45,241 nucleotides of DNA from an uncultured Hyphomicrobiales bacterium (GCA_964529535.1 CAZGXC010000003.1:265-45505), one strand, 5' to 3'; positions 1-9,826 are shown, counted from the first letter of the stretch. A program made the numbers and translations. The notes: a model not told the origin generated them from the sequence alone.

Positions 1-198
1 AGCGGAGAAATCATGACCGATACGGAAATGAAGGAATACGTATCAGCCAATATGGCGCGTCATAAAGTTCCCAAATACATCGACTTCGTCGAAGAATTTC
101 CGATGAATGTCGCGGGAAAGATTCTCAAATATAAGATGAGGGAAGACGCCGTAAAAAAGCTTAATCTTCAAAAAGCCGCGGAAGTAGCAACCGCATAA
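1..198 (+). CDS. AMP-dependent synthetase/ligase (acyl-CoA synthetase family), C-terminal fragment; 5' end lies outside the window
   Basis: Frame 1 is open from base 1. The tail HKVPKYIDFVEEFPMNVAGKILKYKMRE matches the conserved C-terminal subdomain of adenylate-forming enzymes (KxPxxIxFVxxxPxxxxGKIx+). TAA stop at 196-198. Confidence 0.7.
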   Translation, partial: SGEIMTDTEMKEYVSANMARHKVPKYIDFVEEFPMNVAGKILKYKMREDAVKKLNLQKAAEVATA

Positions 199-970
199 GA
201 TGGTTTATAATTTTAGTAATAAATACTACATCGTCGAAATCAAATCGTAGATTTGATAGCTTGTTGAAATTAGAGATAGATGATAGAATTACATCTCCTT
301 CGATTTTCCTTAAAATTTCCGCAGCATTAGCTGGGATAATTACATCAAAATCTTCTGGGAACAAATGCTCTCCTGCTGTAATAAATGCTCGAGATAACCT
401 AAAGCTATCGGTAGCTACAGCGTAAGCATTTGGTCCTCTGAATTGGAAGTAAATACCGGTCATTGCTGGGCGGAACTCATCAGTCGATACAGCAAATGAA
501 GTATTGGCAATCATTTTCTGAATATCGTGTGATTTAATAAATGCTATTTCCCTATCTTCATCTGCTTTTATATGGTCTAAATCTGGTTTTTCAGTTTCAA
601 AAAGTTCAGGCAATCGCAAATATTCGTCAGCATCTAAGCCTTTCATATCGTAATTCCCTGCATCAGTTTTTAGCGTAATTTCGTAATTGCTCATATCTAC
701 GGCAAATTCAAGGGTGCCAATATTATCTAATGCTTTTACTATTTCTGAAATTTTCTTCGCTGGGACTAAAACAGCTCCATCTGCCTGACCATCCACTTGA
801 ATGGAAGCCTTCAGAATAATATCTTGGTCAGTAGCAATAACGTCTAACCTGCCACTGTTTAGGATAAATTGGAAATGCTCCAGCACAGGCAAAGTTGATT
901 TCCTGGGAACTGCCGGCAGCACCTTGTTAAGCACTTTTGCGAAGTCAGCTAAATTTACAGTGAACTTCAT
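161..970 (-). CDS. dnaN: DNA polymerase III beta sliding clamp, truncated after domain II (probable pseudogene or paralogue remnant)
   Basis: The N-terminus MKFTVNLADFAKVLNKVLPAVPRKSTLPVLEHFQF... and later RPAMTGIYFQF and DSFRLS are typical DnaN domain I/II. The product is 269 aa versus roughly 370 aa expected. The last 14 aa (NHLMRLLLPRLFED) are antisense of the ligase gene 3' end. Confidence 0.75.
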   Translation of the reverse strand: MKFTVNLADFAKVLNKVLPAVPRKSTLPVLEHFQFILNSGRLDVIATDQDIILKASIQVDGQADGAVLVPAKKISEIVKALDNIGTLEFAVDMSNYEITLKTDAGNYDMKGLDADEYLRLPELFETEKPDLDHIKADEDREIAFIKSHDIQKMIANTSFAVSTDEFRPAMTGIYFQFRGPNAYAVATDSFRLSRAFITAGEHLFPEDFDVIIPANAAEILRKIEGDVILSSISNFNKLSNLRFDFDDVVFITKIINHLMRLLLPRLFED

Positions 971-985
971 ATTTTATACCTACTC

Positions 986-1017
986 TTTGTTATTTATAAT
1001 TTATTTCTTTATTTTTG
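986..1017 (+). promoter_or_regulatory. Bacteroidota-type promoter candidate (TTTG-N20-TATTTTTG) upstream of psd
   Basis: TTTG at 986-989, a 20-nt spacer, then TATTTTTG (TAnnTTTG consensus) at 1010-1017. This lies about 57 nt before the psd ATG. Confidence 0.4.
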
Positions 1018-1073
1018 CATTTAAAGAATGTAAAATTACGAATTTTTAGTTTAATAATAAAGAAATTTTTTAA

Positions 1074-1730
1074 ATGCTTACTAAATACGGCACTGACAAC
1101 ATCATTGTGATGGTCATAATTGCAACAATTTTCATTACCATCGCTTTTCTAATCGGACGGACATGGTCTTACATCCTATTTATCACTTTGGGCGTAGTTC
1201 TCTTATTCTTTGCTTATTGGTTTTTCCGCGATCCGGAAAGAAATATTCCCCAATCAGTAAAGGAAGACGAGGCTTTAATCGTCTCTCCTTGTGACGGAAA
1301 GGTCTTGCAAATCATTGACGCAGTAGAGAACAACTTTATGGGCGGAGATGTAAAGCAAATTAGTATCTTCCTTTCCCCGCTTGATGTCCATGTTAATAGA
1401 ATCCCAATTTCGGGAGTGGTGAAGTATTTCAAATATAATCCCGGCGATTATATCATCGCAAGCTACCCGAAAGCAAGTGAATTAAACGAGCAAACCCATA
1501 TAGGAATCGAAAACAGTAAGGGCAAGCTCTTCTTCAAACAAATCGTCGGAATATTAGCGCGCAGGCTAGTATGGGACATCAAAGAAGGCGATTCAGTCGG
1601 TGCTGGGAATAGATTCGGTATGATGAAATTCGGCTCGAGAATAGATATTTTATTAAATAAAAAAAGTGAGATTTTCGTCAAAGTTGGCGACAAACTCATT
1701 GCTGGCGAAACAATCGTCGGCAAATTATAA
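1074..1730 (+). CDS. psd: phosphatidylserine decarboxylase proenzyme (short, membrane-anchored type)
   Basis: Two N-terminal TM helices, LSPLDVHVNRIPISG, and MMKFGSRIDIL (G-S self-cleavage site that forms the pyruvoyl group). Adjacent to pssA. Confidence 0.85.
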   Translation: MLTKYGTDNIIVMVIIATIFITIAFLIGRTWSYILFITLGVVLLFFAYWFFRDPERNIPQSVKEDEALIVSPCDGKVLQIIDAVENNFMGGDVKQISIFLSPLDVHVNRIPISGVVKYFKYNPGDYIIASYPKASELNEQTHIGIENSKGKLFFKQIVGILARRLVWDIKEGDSVGAGNRFGMMKFGSRIDILLNKKSEIFVKVGDKLIAGETIVGKL

Positions 1731-1785
1731 TTATATTGAATTGCACGAAGATATTTATTAGCAATATTTAAATAATAAGAAAAAA

Positions 1786-2556
1786 ATGCGTCTAACTCGC
1801 TCAATAGTGCCAAACCTCTTCACCATTATGAATGCATATATGGGGTTTAGTGCTATCATTTTTATTTCGCAGGGCAAATTGCAGCTCGCTGGAATGTTTA
1901 TCCTCGGTGCAGCCCTATTCGACGCATTAGATGGAGCAATAGCTCGATTACTAAAAGCTACCAGTGAATTGGGTGCGGAATTAGACTCCCTTTGCGATGC
2001 TATTTCCTTCGGAGTAGCTCCGGCTTTTATGCTTTACGCTTCATTCTTTCATCAATTAGATGATATTGGGATATTGTTATCATCGCTTCCAGCTTTGGCG
2101 GGCGTTACTCGTTTGGCGAGGTTTAATTCTATGCTAACTTCATTCGAGGACAAGCTGTATTTTACTGGGTTGCCAATTCCGGGCGGTGCGCTTAGCATAT
2201 TGTCGTTTGTTATATTTTTCAAAAGCACTTCGTATTATCCAGCCGGATATGAACTTCCTATGTTCATTTCGGTAACTTTGATTGTAAGCTACGCAATGAT
2301 CTCTACAATAAAATTTGATAATATGCCTCGCTTTTCTAAAAAATATATTAAGGATAAACCAATTGTTTTTAGTATATTTATAGTCGGAATAGTTATCTCC
2401 CTAATATCAAAGGGCGGTCTATTATTCCCATTTATGATGTTTTATATTATCGCAAGCGGTATTAGGCACTTCATCAAATGGATCAAAGCAACGATAGATG
2501 CAGATGATGAAATTGACGAGGGCGATAATAGTAAAGATTTTACGTATTTGGATTAA
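1786..2556 (+). CDS. pssA: CDP-diacylglycerol--serine O-phosphatidyltransferase
   Basis: CDP-alcohol phosphatidyltransferase motif DALDGAIARLLKATSELGAELDSLCDAISFG (DGx2ARx8Gx3Dx3D). Polytopic membrane protein. Confidence 0.85.
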   Translation: MRLTRSIVPNLFTIMNAYMGFSAIIFISQGKLQLAGMFILGAALFDALDGAIARLLKATSELGAELDSLCDAISFGVAPAFMLYASFFHQLDDIGILLSSLPALAGVTRLARFNSMLTSFEDKLYFTGLPIPGGALSILSFVIFFKSTSYYPAGYELPMFISVTLIVSYAMISTIKFDNMPRFSKKYIKDKPIVFSIFIVGIVISLISKGGLLFPFMMFYIIASGIRHFIKWIKATIDADDEIDEGDNSKDFTYLD

Positions 2557-2640
2557 TCGGCTAAATGATTACTTCCAAGTATCTTAACAGTATTAATTAT
2601 TTTGACAAATAATAACTCATACAAATAAATAAAGAAGGTA

Positions 2641-2901
2641 ATGATGAATAACTTCAAAGCAATAATCAGAATTACATTGAGGAAAGGTATCCTCGATGTG
2701 CAAGGGAAAGCAGTAGAAAACGGCTTGCACTCTATTGATTTCAACCAAATTAACAATGTTCGTATCGGAAGATATGTAGAACTTGACGTTCAAGCAAATG
2801 ATGCCAACGATGCCAAGAATATCGTTAGCGATGCTTGCAAGAAATTGATTGCTAATCCGATTGTAGAAGATTTTGACATTGAAATTAAAGAAGCTAAATA
2901 A
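2641..2901 (+). CDS. purS: phosphoribosylformylglycinamidine synthase subunit PurS
   Basis: 86 aa. ITLRKGILDVQGKAVENGLHSIDF...VRIGRYVELDV is PurS-like. It lies immediately upstream of purQ. Confidence 0.85.
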   Translation: MMNNFKAIIRITLRKGILDVQGKAVENGLHSIDFNQINNVRIGRYVELDVQANDANDAKNIVSDACKKLIANPIVEDFDIEIKEAK

Positions 2902-2918
2902 TTAGGAAGAAATAATAA

Positions 2919-3611
2919 ATGAAATATAGTATTGTTATATTCCCTGGATCAAATTGCGATCACGACGCATACCATACAGTAAAGAAAAACATGGGCTGCG
3001 ATGCTGAGTTTATTTGGCACAAGGAAACATCTCTGCCCAAAGGCACCGATTGTGTAATATTGCCGGGCGGTTTCGCTCACGGTGATTACTTGCGTTGCGG
3101 GGCTATTGCCCGCTTCTCTCCTATTATGAACGAAGTCATCAACTTCGCCAATAAAGGTGGCTACGTAATGGGAATTTGTAATGGGTTCCAAGTCCTCACA
3201 GAAGCTGAATTGCTTCCCGGAGCTTTATTGCGCAATAGAGGCATTAACTTTATTTGCGAGGATTCATACTTGAAATGCTGCAATTACGACACAGCATTCA
3301 CAAGTAATATTCCAAAGGGCAAGACGCTAAGAATACCAATCTCGCACGGCGAAGGCAATTATTACGCTGACGAGAACACTATCAAAGAATTAGAAGATAA
3401 TAATCGCGTTATCTTCCGCTATGCAAATATTAATGGAGAGGTAACACCCGAAGCTAATCCAAATGGTTCTATCAATAATGTTGCTGGAATTATTAATGAA
3501 AAAGGAAATGTGCTCGGAATGATGCCACACCCAGAGAGATATTGCGACCCTATTCTTGGATGTGATGATGGAAGATCTATGTTTGAATCATTAATATCAA
3601 AATTTAAATAA
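2919..3611 (+). CDS. purQ: phosphoribosylformylglycinamidine synthase glutamine amidotransferase subunit PurQ
   Basis: Class I GATase triad context: GICNGFQ (Cys nucleophile) and MMPHPER (His/Glu). 230 aa. Confidence 0.9.
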   Translation: MKYSIVIFPGSNCDHDAYHTVKKNMGCDAEFIWHKETSLPKGTDCVILPGGFAHGDYLRCGAIARFSPIMNEVINFANKGGYVMGICNGFQVLTEAELLPGALLRNRGINFICEDSYLKCCNYDTAFTSNIPKGKTLRIPISHGEGNYYADENTIKELEDNNRVIFRYANINGEVTPEANPNGSINNVAGIINEKGNVLGMMPHPERYCDPILGCDDGRSMFESLISKFK

Positions 3612-3636
3612 TATACCGAAAGTAAAGGATAATAAT

Positions 3637-3825
3637 ATGTTCGGATTAGGAACACCCGAATTGATTTTAATCGCCGTTGCGATACTGCTATTATTCGGGG
3701 CAAAGAAAATCCCCGAATTGATGCGCGGACTGGGCTCTGGCATTAAAGAGTTTAAGCAAGCTGCGAACGTCAATCAAGATGACGATAAAAAAGAACAAAA
3801 TAAAGAATTGTCCGATAAAAATTAA
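3637..3825 (+). CDS. tatA: twin-arginine translocase TatA/TatE family protein
   Basis: [42 protein letters not shown] is the canonical TatA TM helix plus amphipathic helix. Confidence 0.85.
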   Translation: MFGLGTPELILIAVAILLLFGAKKIPELMRGLGSGIKEFKQAANVNQDDDKKEQNKELSDKN

Positions 3826-3833
3826 GCTATCTT

Positions 3834-4187
3834 ATGTTTGATGTAGGCGGCGGAGAACTAATTCTAATCGTCCTTGCTATCATCGTGCTCTTTGGTCCAA
3901 AGAAAATTCCGGAGATTGCACAGATGGTCGGCAAAGGGATGCGGCAGTTTCGTGCTGCACAAAAAGAATTTACAGAGCAGATCAATACTGTCAAACAGGA
4001 GGTGAATGCTCAGATTTCAGATATTGATTCAAGCACTAAAATTGATACAAATATTAAATCTGAAACTAAGCCTGAAGAAAACGAAAAAACGGAATTTTCC
4101 GCTCCGGAAAATTCCGTTAAATTACCTAACAATTTCAAACCAATCACTACTAATTTACACGATGATAATGGAATCAATCTTAATTAA
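3834..4187 (+). CDS. second TatA-family protein, TatB-like (longer C-terminal tail)
   Basis: GGGELILIVLAIIVLFGPKKIPEIAQMVGKGMRQFRAAQKEF. 117 aa with an extended polar tail. No tatC in the window. Confidence 0.7.
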   Translation: MFDVGGGELILIVLAIIVLFGPKKIPEIAQMVGKGMRQFRAAQKEFTEQINTVKQEVNAQISDIDSSTKIDTNIKSETKPEENEKTEFSAPENSVKLPNNFKPITTNLHDDNGINLN

Positions 4188-6190
4188 TGATTAAATTTAA
4201 CTTTTTCATTATGATAGATATTTTTATCATATATCCTGATCATCACAGCCCTGTTATACATCCTGCCAATAGGGCTTGAATTATCAAATGGATATTTATC
4301 GGCTTTGGTTATCGTTACTTTCTTTGGATTAATTTTGATTTCTCTTAACACATTGTCAACTCTTTTATCTATTAAAGCAGAATTATATTCTTGAGTTCCG
4401 AAATCATCAGCAGATCCATATATTTCAATTTTTTTATTCTCAGCTAATGCTTGGAGAAGCAAGCTCTTTCCTTTATTGTTTATGAATTTTATATACAATC
4501 CATCAAAATCAAAAAGAGCCAAAACATGCTCATAATATATTGTTGAATCACTTAGTTTGGTATATTTCATATTGATACCATTGGGCATAGTATGGATATT
4601 CACTAACACATTAAGGCTATCTACAAAGTTCTTGGTAACGTCAGCTGAATTAGTGAGTGAGTAATTCAAATACATTTTACTACATTCATAATTGTTATAG
4701 TTAGTCAAATTTGCTAAACTCAATGAAAAATCTGTTTCAGCAGATTCTATATTCGCTAAAACCTCATCACCAATCTGAATTTTACCGTTAATATTACTTA
4801 AATAATAGTCTGTTTTAGGTTTTATTTTAACGGTATTGTTAAATGTAGGATATTCCTTGGTAGAGCTATTTAAAAATGAAAGAAAAATATTTGAAGTATC
4901 TTTAAAATCAATAATAGCTGCTCTGTTTTCCTCCAATAACTCAGGGTGTTTAACTGTAGAGATTTCTACTTTTTCCGCAATAAATTTAATTTTATTAATA
5001 TTTGCATTGTTTTCAGATAAGAATTTTTTCATAAACTGAATTCTTTTTTCTCCAATTCCTGGCACTTCATCAGATGTATATAATATTTTAACAGATTTTA
5101 TCTTCCCTTGCTTAGCAAATTCTGGTAAGAATTTTAGGAATCTCTGTTGGATATATTCTGAGTTTTCCATTACGTTTATTTCTGCTTCATCAAGATTACT
5201 TTCTGCTTGCAGCTCTGCAGAGTTATGTGTAAAGAATAAATATGGGATTATTGGTAGTTCATCGTAAAAGTCAGTTTCATAATTATCAATTATAATGGTA
5301 TCGTTAGAACTCATCCTATTTCCATTGATATACCATACTGATTTACTCGAAATATCATTGGATTTATTCGATTCTTGGACTGAAGGCTTGGGCAATGTCG
5401 GTGCAGGTGGTGCTACTACTGGAGGCTGTCGTTTTTGTTTATCAATTTTATAGACCAACGATACTCCTGCTTTTAGAGTATTAAGCCCCCAATCAGATTC
5501 TTTGTGTAATTTGGTCAAACCAAATGAATACTGCACCTCCGGACTTACTACTATATTCTTAAATTGGAAATCATATTTAATTCCAACAGGAATGGAGAAG
5601 TTCACATTGCTAATCCCAGGAAATTCACTTCCACTATAATTATTTTCCTTTTTGCCATTTTTCAAGAAAACATTGTCGTCTTTCGTGGATTCCGAGAAGT
5701 CATATTTACTACCGATATTTAAACCAAGATTTAGCCCCAATTTAAAAGCTAAATTTAAGTTATTAACTGGGTATAAATATACGAAAGGGACAAATTCCAG
5801 TGTTTTCAAATATACTTTTAAATTATAATTTACATTACCAGAAATAATATTATTCCCAGAGATTAAATTCCCCAAAAATTTATCATTCGTAAACTCACTA
5901 TAATGATTGTTATAATCAAGATATGCCCCATATTGGACTCGCATATTTATAAGGGAATTATGCGTCTCATTCAACGCTCCTATCCCATAGTTAGAACCCA
6001 AACCGTAGCCATTGTGTAAATCTATACAGCTGGGGCAGAAGTTATCCAAACTCATTCCACTACTACTTCTACTAATATTAAAGTTCACTCCTATATTTGA
6101 ATATGGACTGAATGAATAATACTCAACAGGAAACACTCTATTTGTATTACTTAAGAATGTTATCGCAATTAGCAATAATAACTTTTTCAT
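4184..6190 (-). CDS. outer-membrane protein: N-terminal beta-barrel, Pro-rich linker, OmpA-like C-terminal peptidoglycan-binding domain
   Basis: Signal peptide MKKLLLLIAITFLS and alternating aromatic/polar barrel strands to about aa 255. Linker RQPPVVAPPAPTLPKPS. C-terminus IEIYGSADDFGTQEYNSALIDKRVDNVLREI...SPIGRMYNRAVMIRIY is the OmpA/Pal motif pattern. Confidence 0.6.
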   Translation of the reverse strand: MKKLLLLIAITFLSNTNRVFPVEYYSFSPYSNIGVNFNISRSSSGMSLDNFCPSCIDLHNGYGLGSNYGIGALNETHNSLINMRVQYGAYLDYNNHYSEFTNDKFLGNLISGNNIISGNVNYNLKVYLKTLEFVPFVYLYPVNNLNLAFKLGLNLGLNIGSKYDFSESTKDDNVFLKNGKKENNYSGSEFPGISNVNFSIPVGIKYDFQFKNIVVSPEVQYSFGLTKLHKESDWGLNTLKAGVSLVYKIDKQKRQPPVVAPPAPTLPKPSVQESNKSNDISSKSVWYINGNRMSSNDTIIIDNYETDFYDELPIIPYLFFTHNSAELQAESNLDEAEINVMENSEYIQQRFLKFLPEFAKQGKIKSVKILYTSDEVPGIGEKRIQFMKKFLSENNANINKIKFIAEKVEISTVKHPELLEENRAAIIDFKDTSNIFLSFLNSSTKEYPTFNNTVKIKPKTDYYLSNINGKIQIGDEVLANIESAETDFSLSLANLTNYNNYECSKMYLNYSLTNSADVTKNFVDSLNVLVNIHTMPNGINMKYTKLSDSTIYYEHVLALFDFDGLYIKFINNKGKSLLLQALAENKKIEIYGSADDFGTQEYNSALIDKRVDNVLREIKINPKKVTITKADKYPFDNSSPIGRMYNRAVMIRIYDKNIYHNEKVKFNH

Positions 6191-6199
6191 AAATTATCT

Positions 6200-9100
6200 T
6201 TATTTTATGACTGTAAACTTAAAGTTCGATGTTTCGCTACCTGAAGTAAAAATAGCATTATAAGTGCCTGACTCCAAACCTTCAATATTTATTTTATACT
6301 CATTTGCGCCTTCAATAACTTGCAAATTGTCAAATATTTTCACCTTTGCTCCCGCAGGATTAAAGATTTCTATACTCGCTTTAGCGTTATAATTGGCTTT
6401 AACATCCAAACATACTTCCTTATCGGCAGGATTTGGAAAATATTTAATTATTTTCACGTTTTGTTTTCCCCACCATAACATTTTATCTCCGCAGAGCTTA
6501 ATTAACTTAAATTTTCCAGCTTTTGTTTCGGTTTGAACAGCACTACCAAAATGAAGATTTTCCTTTGTAAAGCTAATTGGCGACTCGCTCGGCAAAGTCA
6601 AGCCAGCATAACCACGAATTTCAATGATATTGCCTTGTTTCGGGAAATTCCCTTCCACCCTAAACTTGATATGACGCAATGAATCAACAACTTCATTACG
6701 CAATAAGACACCAGTCCCTCCAATTAATGAGACAACTGAATTCTCTTTAAATGGGAGGAAAATATTCTCATTAATCGTAAATTCGCTTTCGATGAAGCGC
6801 GTCCCATTATATGCTACATTTTCATTATTTTGAAGATGAATAGTTATCTTTGCCTCGTCGCGCGGATCGGCTTCCGTATCGAGCAAGGAAATTATGGAGT
6901 TCGATGAATATTTGCCCAAATATAACTTCGCATTTGAAGCACAAGGATCTGAGGCAAAAGTCAGCGAAGCCTTATAAATACTATCATTTAAATATTCAAC
7001 TTCAATAATAGCTGAATCTTTCGGCATTATTTTAAGTGGTAATGGTGTATTCACTCTATATGTGCCGATTGGGTCAAGATTATAGCTAAGCAAAGTTATG
7101 GGCTTCTCATCGTTATTCTTGAAAGTAAATGTTCGCGTCTTTATTTCTGGAATAAAATATAGATATTGATGTGATATTACAACATCTGTGCCAATTCCTT
7201 TTCCTGTTACGGTTTTAATATGCTTAAATTTCCAGTTATTGGCATATTCTATATAAAAATTGATTTTAAAATCGCCAGTTTTATTTGGATAAAATTCTAA
7301 TTCAGCATAATAATCCTCTCCGGGCGGCACTACTATATCCATATATTTACCATAAGTTCTGAATGCTGTATTCCCAGTCGATTCAAAATATATTTTTTGA
7401 ATATTTAGGGCGATGGTATCGTTATTTGTCAGCAGCTTAAATTTCTTGCGCATTGGAGTATTAACGCATACTTCACCGAAGCCTATTTCGCTCTCATGGA
7501 AGTTAATATTTCGTGGCAACACCCTTGATTCTACTGGAATATAGAATGTCTGGGCGCAAGTGGTGATGATTATCGTATCGCGAATTTTTCCTGTATCGAG
7601 ACTGGAATATGTAATATGGAAATTCAGGCACTCCCCTGGCAACAGAGTATCCGGTACTTGCACGGGACGCAAATTATACATCCAATGTTTAGTGTAATTC
7701 TTCATCTGCACAGATTGGACGATGAGTGGCAATTTGCCTCGATTACAAAATGCGCTTTTCACATCTTTCTCTGATTTATAATCAATCAGTTGATCCTCAA
7801 AAACAATCGGCTTAATCTCAATATCCGTGTATCTGATGCTGAACAATCCCTCCATAATGCCAAATTCAGTATATCTGAATTTATTAATATACAGACTTTT
7901 ATCTGGCATAATTGCCGCAACGAAATGCCCCTCGCCAGCAAAGGAATAATTGATCATATTATCATTCTCCAAAGAGAAATTGAAATAATCTACTGGCATA
8001 TCGGAACTTAAGTCGCGCATTGTAATATGATCTTTTGTTTCTTTCCCTACAATAATTCTATCCGAACTTGGACTAAAATCTATTCCCATTGGCGTATGAG
8101 TATTCGCATAATATGCTTTGATATTTATTCCTGATAAATGTTCATATACATAAATTGGAGTAACAAAAGAAGTATAGTAAATTGTGTGCGGAATATCCTC
8201 CGAAGGAATGCGCAAAGTCCCAAATGCCATAAACCTACCATTCGGCGAATTGGCAATATCTGTGATGATTGGTAATTGATTATAATTTATTGTTTTTATT
8301 TCTCTTAATTCATTTGTTAGGAAGGTTTTAACTGTATTATCCATCAGGACTATCTGCAAGCTATCCCCAAAAGGAACATATTTGAAATTTGAGATTGGGA
8401 ATTGGAAATTCAATTGCTTTACCAAACGATAATCTTTTGTATCATAGAAATATAGGCAATTCGATTGCTTTGGAAGTATTGTTAAATATCTATATTTCGC
8501 ATCTACTTCCATTCGCTTGACAATATATGGGAGAATAATTGTTTTAATTGGATTATCTTCCTCATCTTTGAAGATTTTCAGAGTGTCCCGCGCAAAGAAT
8601 TCATTGATTAAATTTGAATGATATGTAACTGCGAGCTCTCTGGTCAAATCATCATTCATTTTTGAATATGCTAATGCGCTTGTTAATATTACATTTGTAG
8701 AATCATTGTTATCCACTAACACCCTCTTCTTCCGCATTGCGGGCATTCCATTTTTATCTATGATAATCTCGTGTAGCATCCCTTGGCGTGTAGATGCTGC
8801 GAGGAATCGCGCTTTATTCTCGTATTTCGCATTATAATATCCATAATCATCAGAAAAACTATGCATTTGCTCTGGAGAGAATTTTTGATACACCTTTATC
8901 TTTGCTTCCTCTGTAATGGAATTTGGCACTTTCCAAATTAAGAAGGTGTCCTTAGTTTCGCCTATTCCTTTCCAATTATATCCACCATCTATCGAAAGCT
9001 CTACAGTATAAGTTAGCCCACGCGAGCCTCCCGTCCAAACAATTGTATCTAAAAAGCAAGGAGTTAATACCTTGCCAACTTTAGGTTCCAATACTTTTAT

Positions 9101-9826
9101 GCTATTAGTGGTGGTAAATTTATAAGAGTTAGCTAATAAATCAACTTTTACCTTTTGGTTACCATTATAATATATTATTAGAGAATCTTGATAAAAGCGA
9201 TCTTCTTTCCCAGAAAAATAGATGAATAACTGGTAATCTCCTTCGGGATATTTTCCGGGTGGCTTATTCCAATTCAAATAACTTCCACTATAGCTACACC
9301 TAAAATAATTCGTAAATGTCCGAATGGAATCAATCCATACATAATCATATTCATTCTCTTTGTTGTCTGGATTAGCCTTAAAATTAAGCATTACGACGCT
9401 TGAATCATTTGGAGCAGCCTTGTTGAAAAATACCATAGGCTTTGCTGAAGGTGTCATTATTCTCACCCACTGCAATTTATAATCATTTGGCATACGGAAC
9501 CTAAGCGTCCGCACATTCTCTTGGAATGTAAAATAAACATCTACATAAGGGAATTTAAGCGGTAATCGACTCGTCCAATAGACTAAATAATTATCATTGC
9601 CCAAGCTTACTATAGAATCCCCTGCGCTCATTAGGTTCATTTCCTTAATCAAGACTTTCGCATCATTGGGATTAATAGACTGATTGGCATTCTTCATCTT
9701 AACTTTAATTCTGCATATCGGGAATTTTAGTACCTCTACATCAGAAACCTTGCTAACTTCAAATTGAGAAAAAGCAGAGAAAGAGAACACAAAAAACAGT
9801 ATTAAAAAAGTATATATATTTTTCAA
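6200..9826 (-). CDS. large secreted surface protein with T9SS (Por) C-terminal sorting domain
   Basis: Signal peptide (TTG start, MKNIYTFLILFFVFSFSAFSQ). Beta-propeller-like and ASH/choice-of-anchor-D-like segments (GFGEVCVNTPMRKKFKLLTNNDTIALNIQKIYF). The C-terminal ~80 aa, YFPNPADKEVCLDV...ASIEIFNPAGAKV...GTYNAIFTSG...FKFTVIK, match the T9SS CTD pattern. Confidence 0.75.
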   Translation of the reverse strand: MKNIYTFLILFFVFSFSAFSQFEVSKVSDVEVLKFPICRIKVKMKNANQSINPNDAKVLIKEMNLMSAGDSIVSLGNDNYLVYWTSRLPLKFPYVDVYFTFQENVRTLRFRMPNDYKLQWVRIMTPSAKPMVFFNKAAPNDSSVVMLNFKANPDNKENEYDYVWIDSIRTFTNYFRCSYSGSYLNWNKPPGKYPEGDYQLFIYFSGKEDRFYQDSLIIYYNGNQKVKVDLLANSYKFTTTNSIKVLEPKVGKVLTPCFLDTIVWTGGSRGLTYTVELSIDGGYNWKGIGETKDTFLIWKVPNSITEEAKIKVYQKFSPEQMHSFSDDYGYYNAKYENKARFLAASTRQGMLHEIIIDKNGMPAMRKKRVLVDNNDSTNVILTSALAYSKMNDDLTRELAVTYHSNLINEFFARDTLKIFKDEEDNPIKTIILPYIVKRMEVDAKYRYLTILPKQSNCLYFYDTKDYRLVKQLNFQFPISNFKYVPFGDSLQIVLMDNTVKTFLTNELREIKTINYNQLPIITDIANSPNGRFMAFGTLRIPSEDIPHTIYYTSFVTPIYVYEHLSGINIKAYYANTHTPMGIDFSPSSDRIIVGKETKDHITMRDLSSDMPVDYFNFSLENDNMINYSFAGEGHFVAAIMPDKSLYINKFRYTEFGIMEGLFSIRYTDIEIKPIVFEDQLIDYKSEKDVKSAFCNRGKLPLIVQSVQMKNYTKHWMYNLRPVQVPDTLLPGECLNFHITYSSLDTGKIRDTIIITTCAQTFYIPVESRVLPRNINFHESEIGFGEVCVNTPMRKKFKLLTNNDTIALNIQKIYFESTGNTAFRTYGKYMDIVVPPGEDYYAELEFYPNKTGDFKINFYIEYANNWKFKHIKTVTGKGIGTDVVISHQYLYFIPEIKTRTFTFKNNDEKPITLLSYNLDPIGTYRVNTPLPLKIMPKDSAIIEVEYLNDSIYKASLTFASDPCASNAKLYLGKYSSNSIISLLDTEADPRDEAKITIHLQNNENVAYNGTRFIESEFTINENIFLPFKENSVVSLIGGTGVLLRNEVVDSLRHIKFRVEGNFPKQGNIIEIRGYAGLTLPSESPISFTKENLHFGSAVQTETKAGKFKLIKLCGDKMLWWGKQNVKIIKYFPNPADKEVCLDVKANYNAKASIEIFNPAGAKVKIFDNLQVIEGANEYKINIEGLESGTYNAIFTSGSETSNFKFTVIK

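Noticed and set aside
161-210. Idea that dnaN continues by frameshift into a third domain
   Set aside because: The DNA to the left encodes, on the opposite strand, a well-conserved adenylate-forming-enzyme C-terminus. No room or frame remains for about 110 more DnaN residues.
801-1049. 82-aa plus-strand ORF overlapping the dnaN 5' end and the dnaN-psd spacer
   Set aside because: It is antisense to well-supported DnaN coding sequence and then runs through T-rich promoter DNA. The peptide is low-complexity and Phe/Ile-rich with no motif.
4006-4194. 62-aa alternative-frame ORF within the TatB-like gene
   Set aside because: It overlaps the TatA-family frame and has no independent support.
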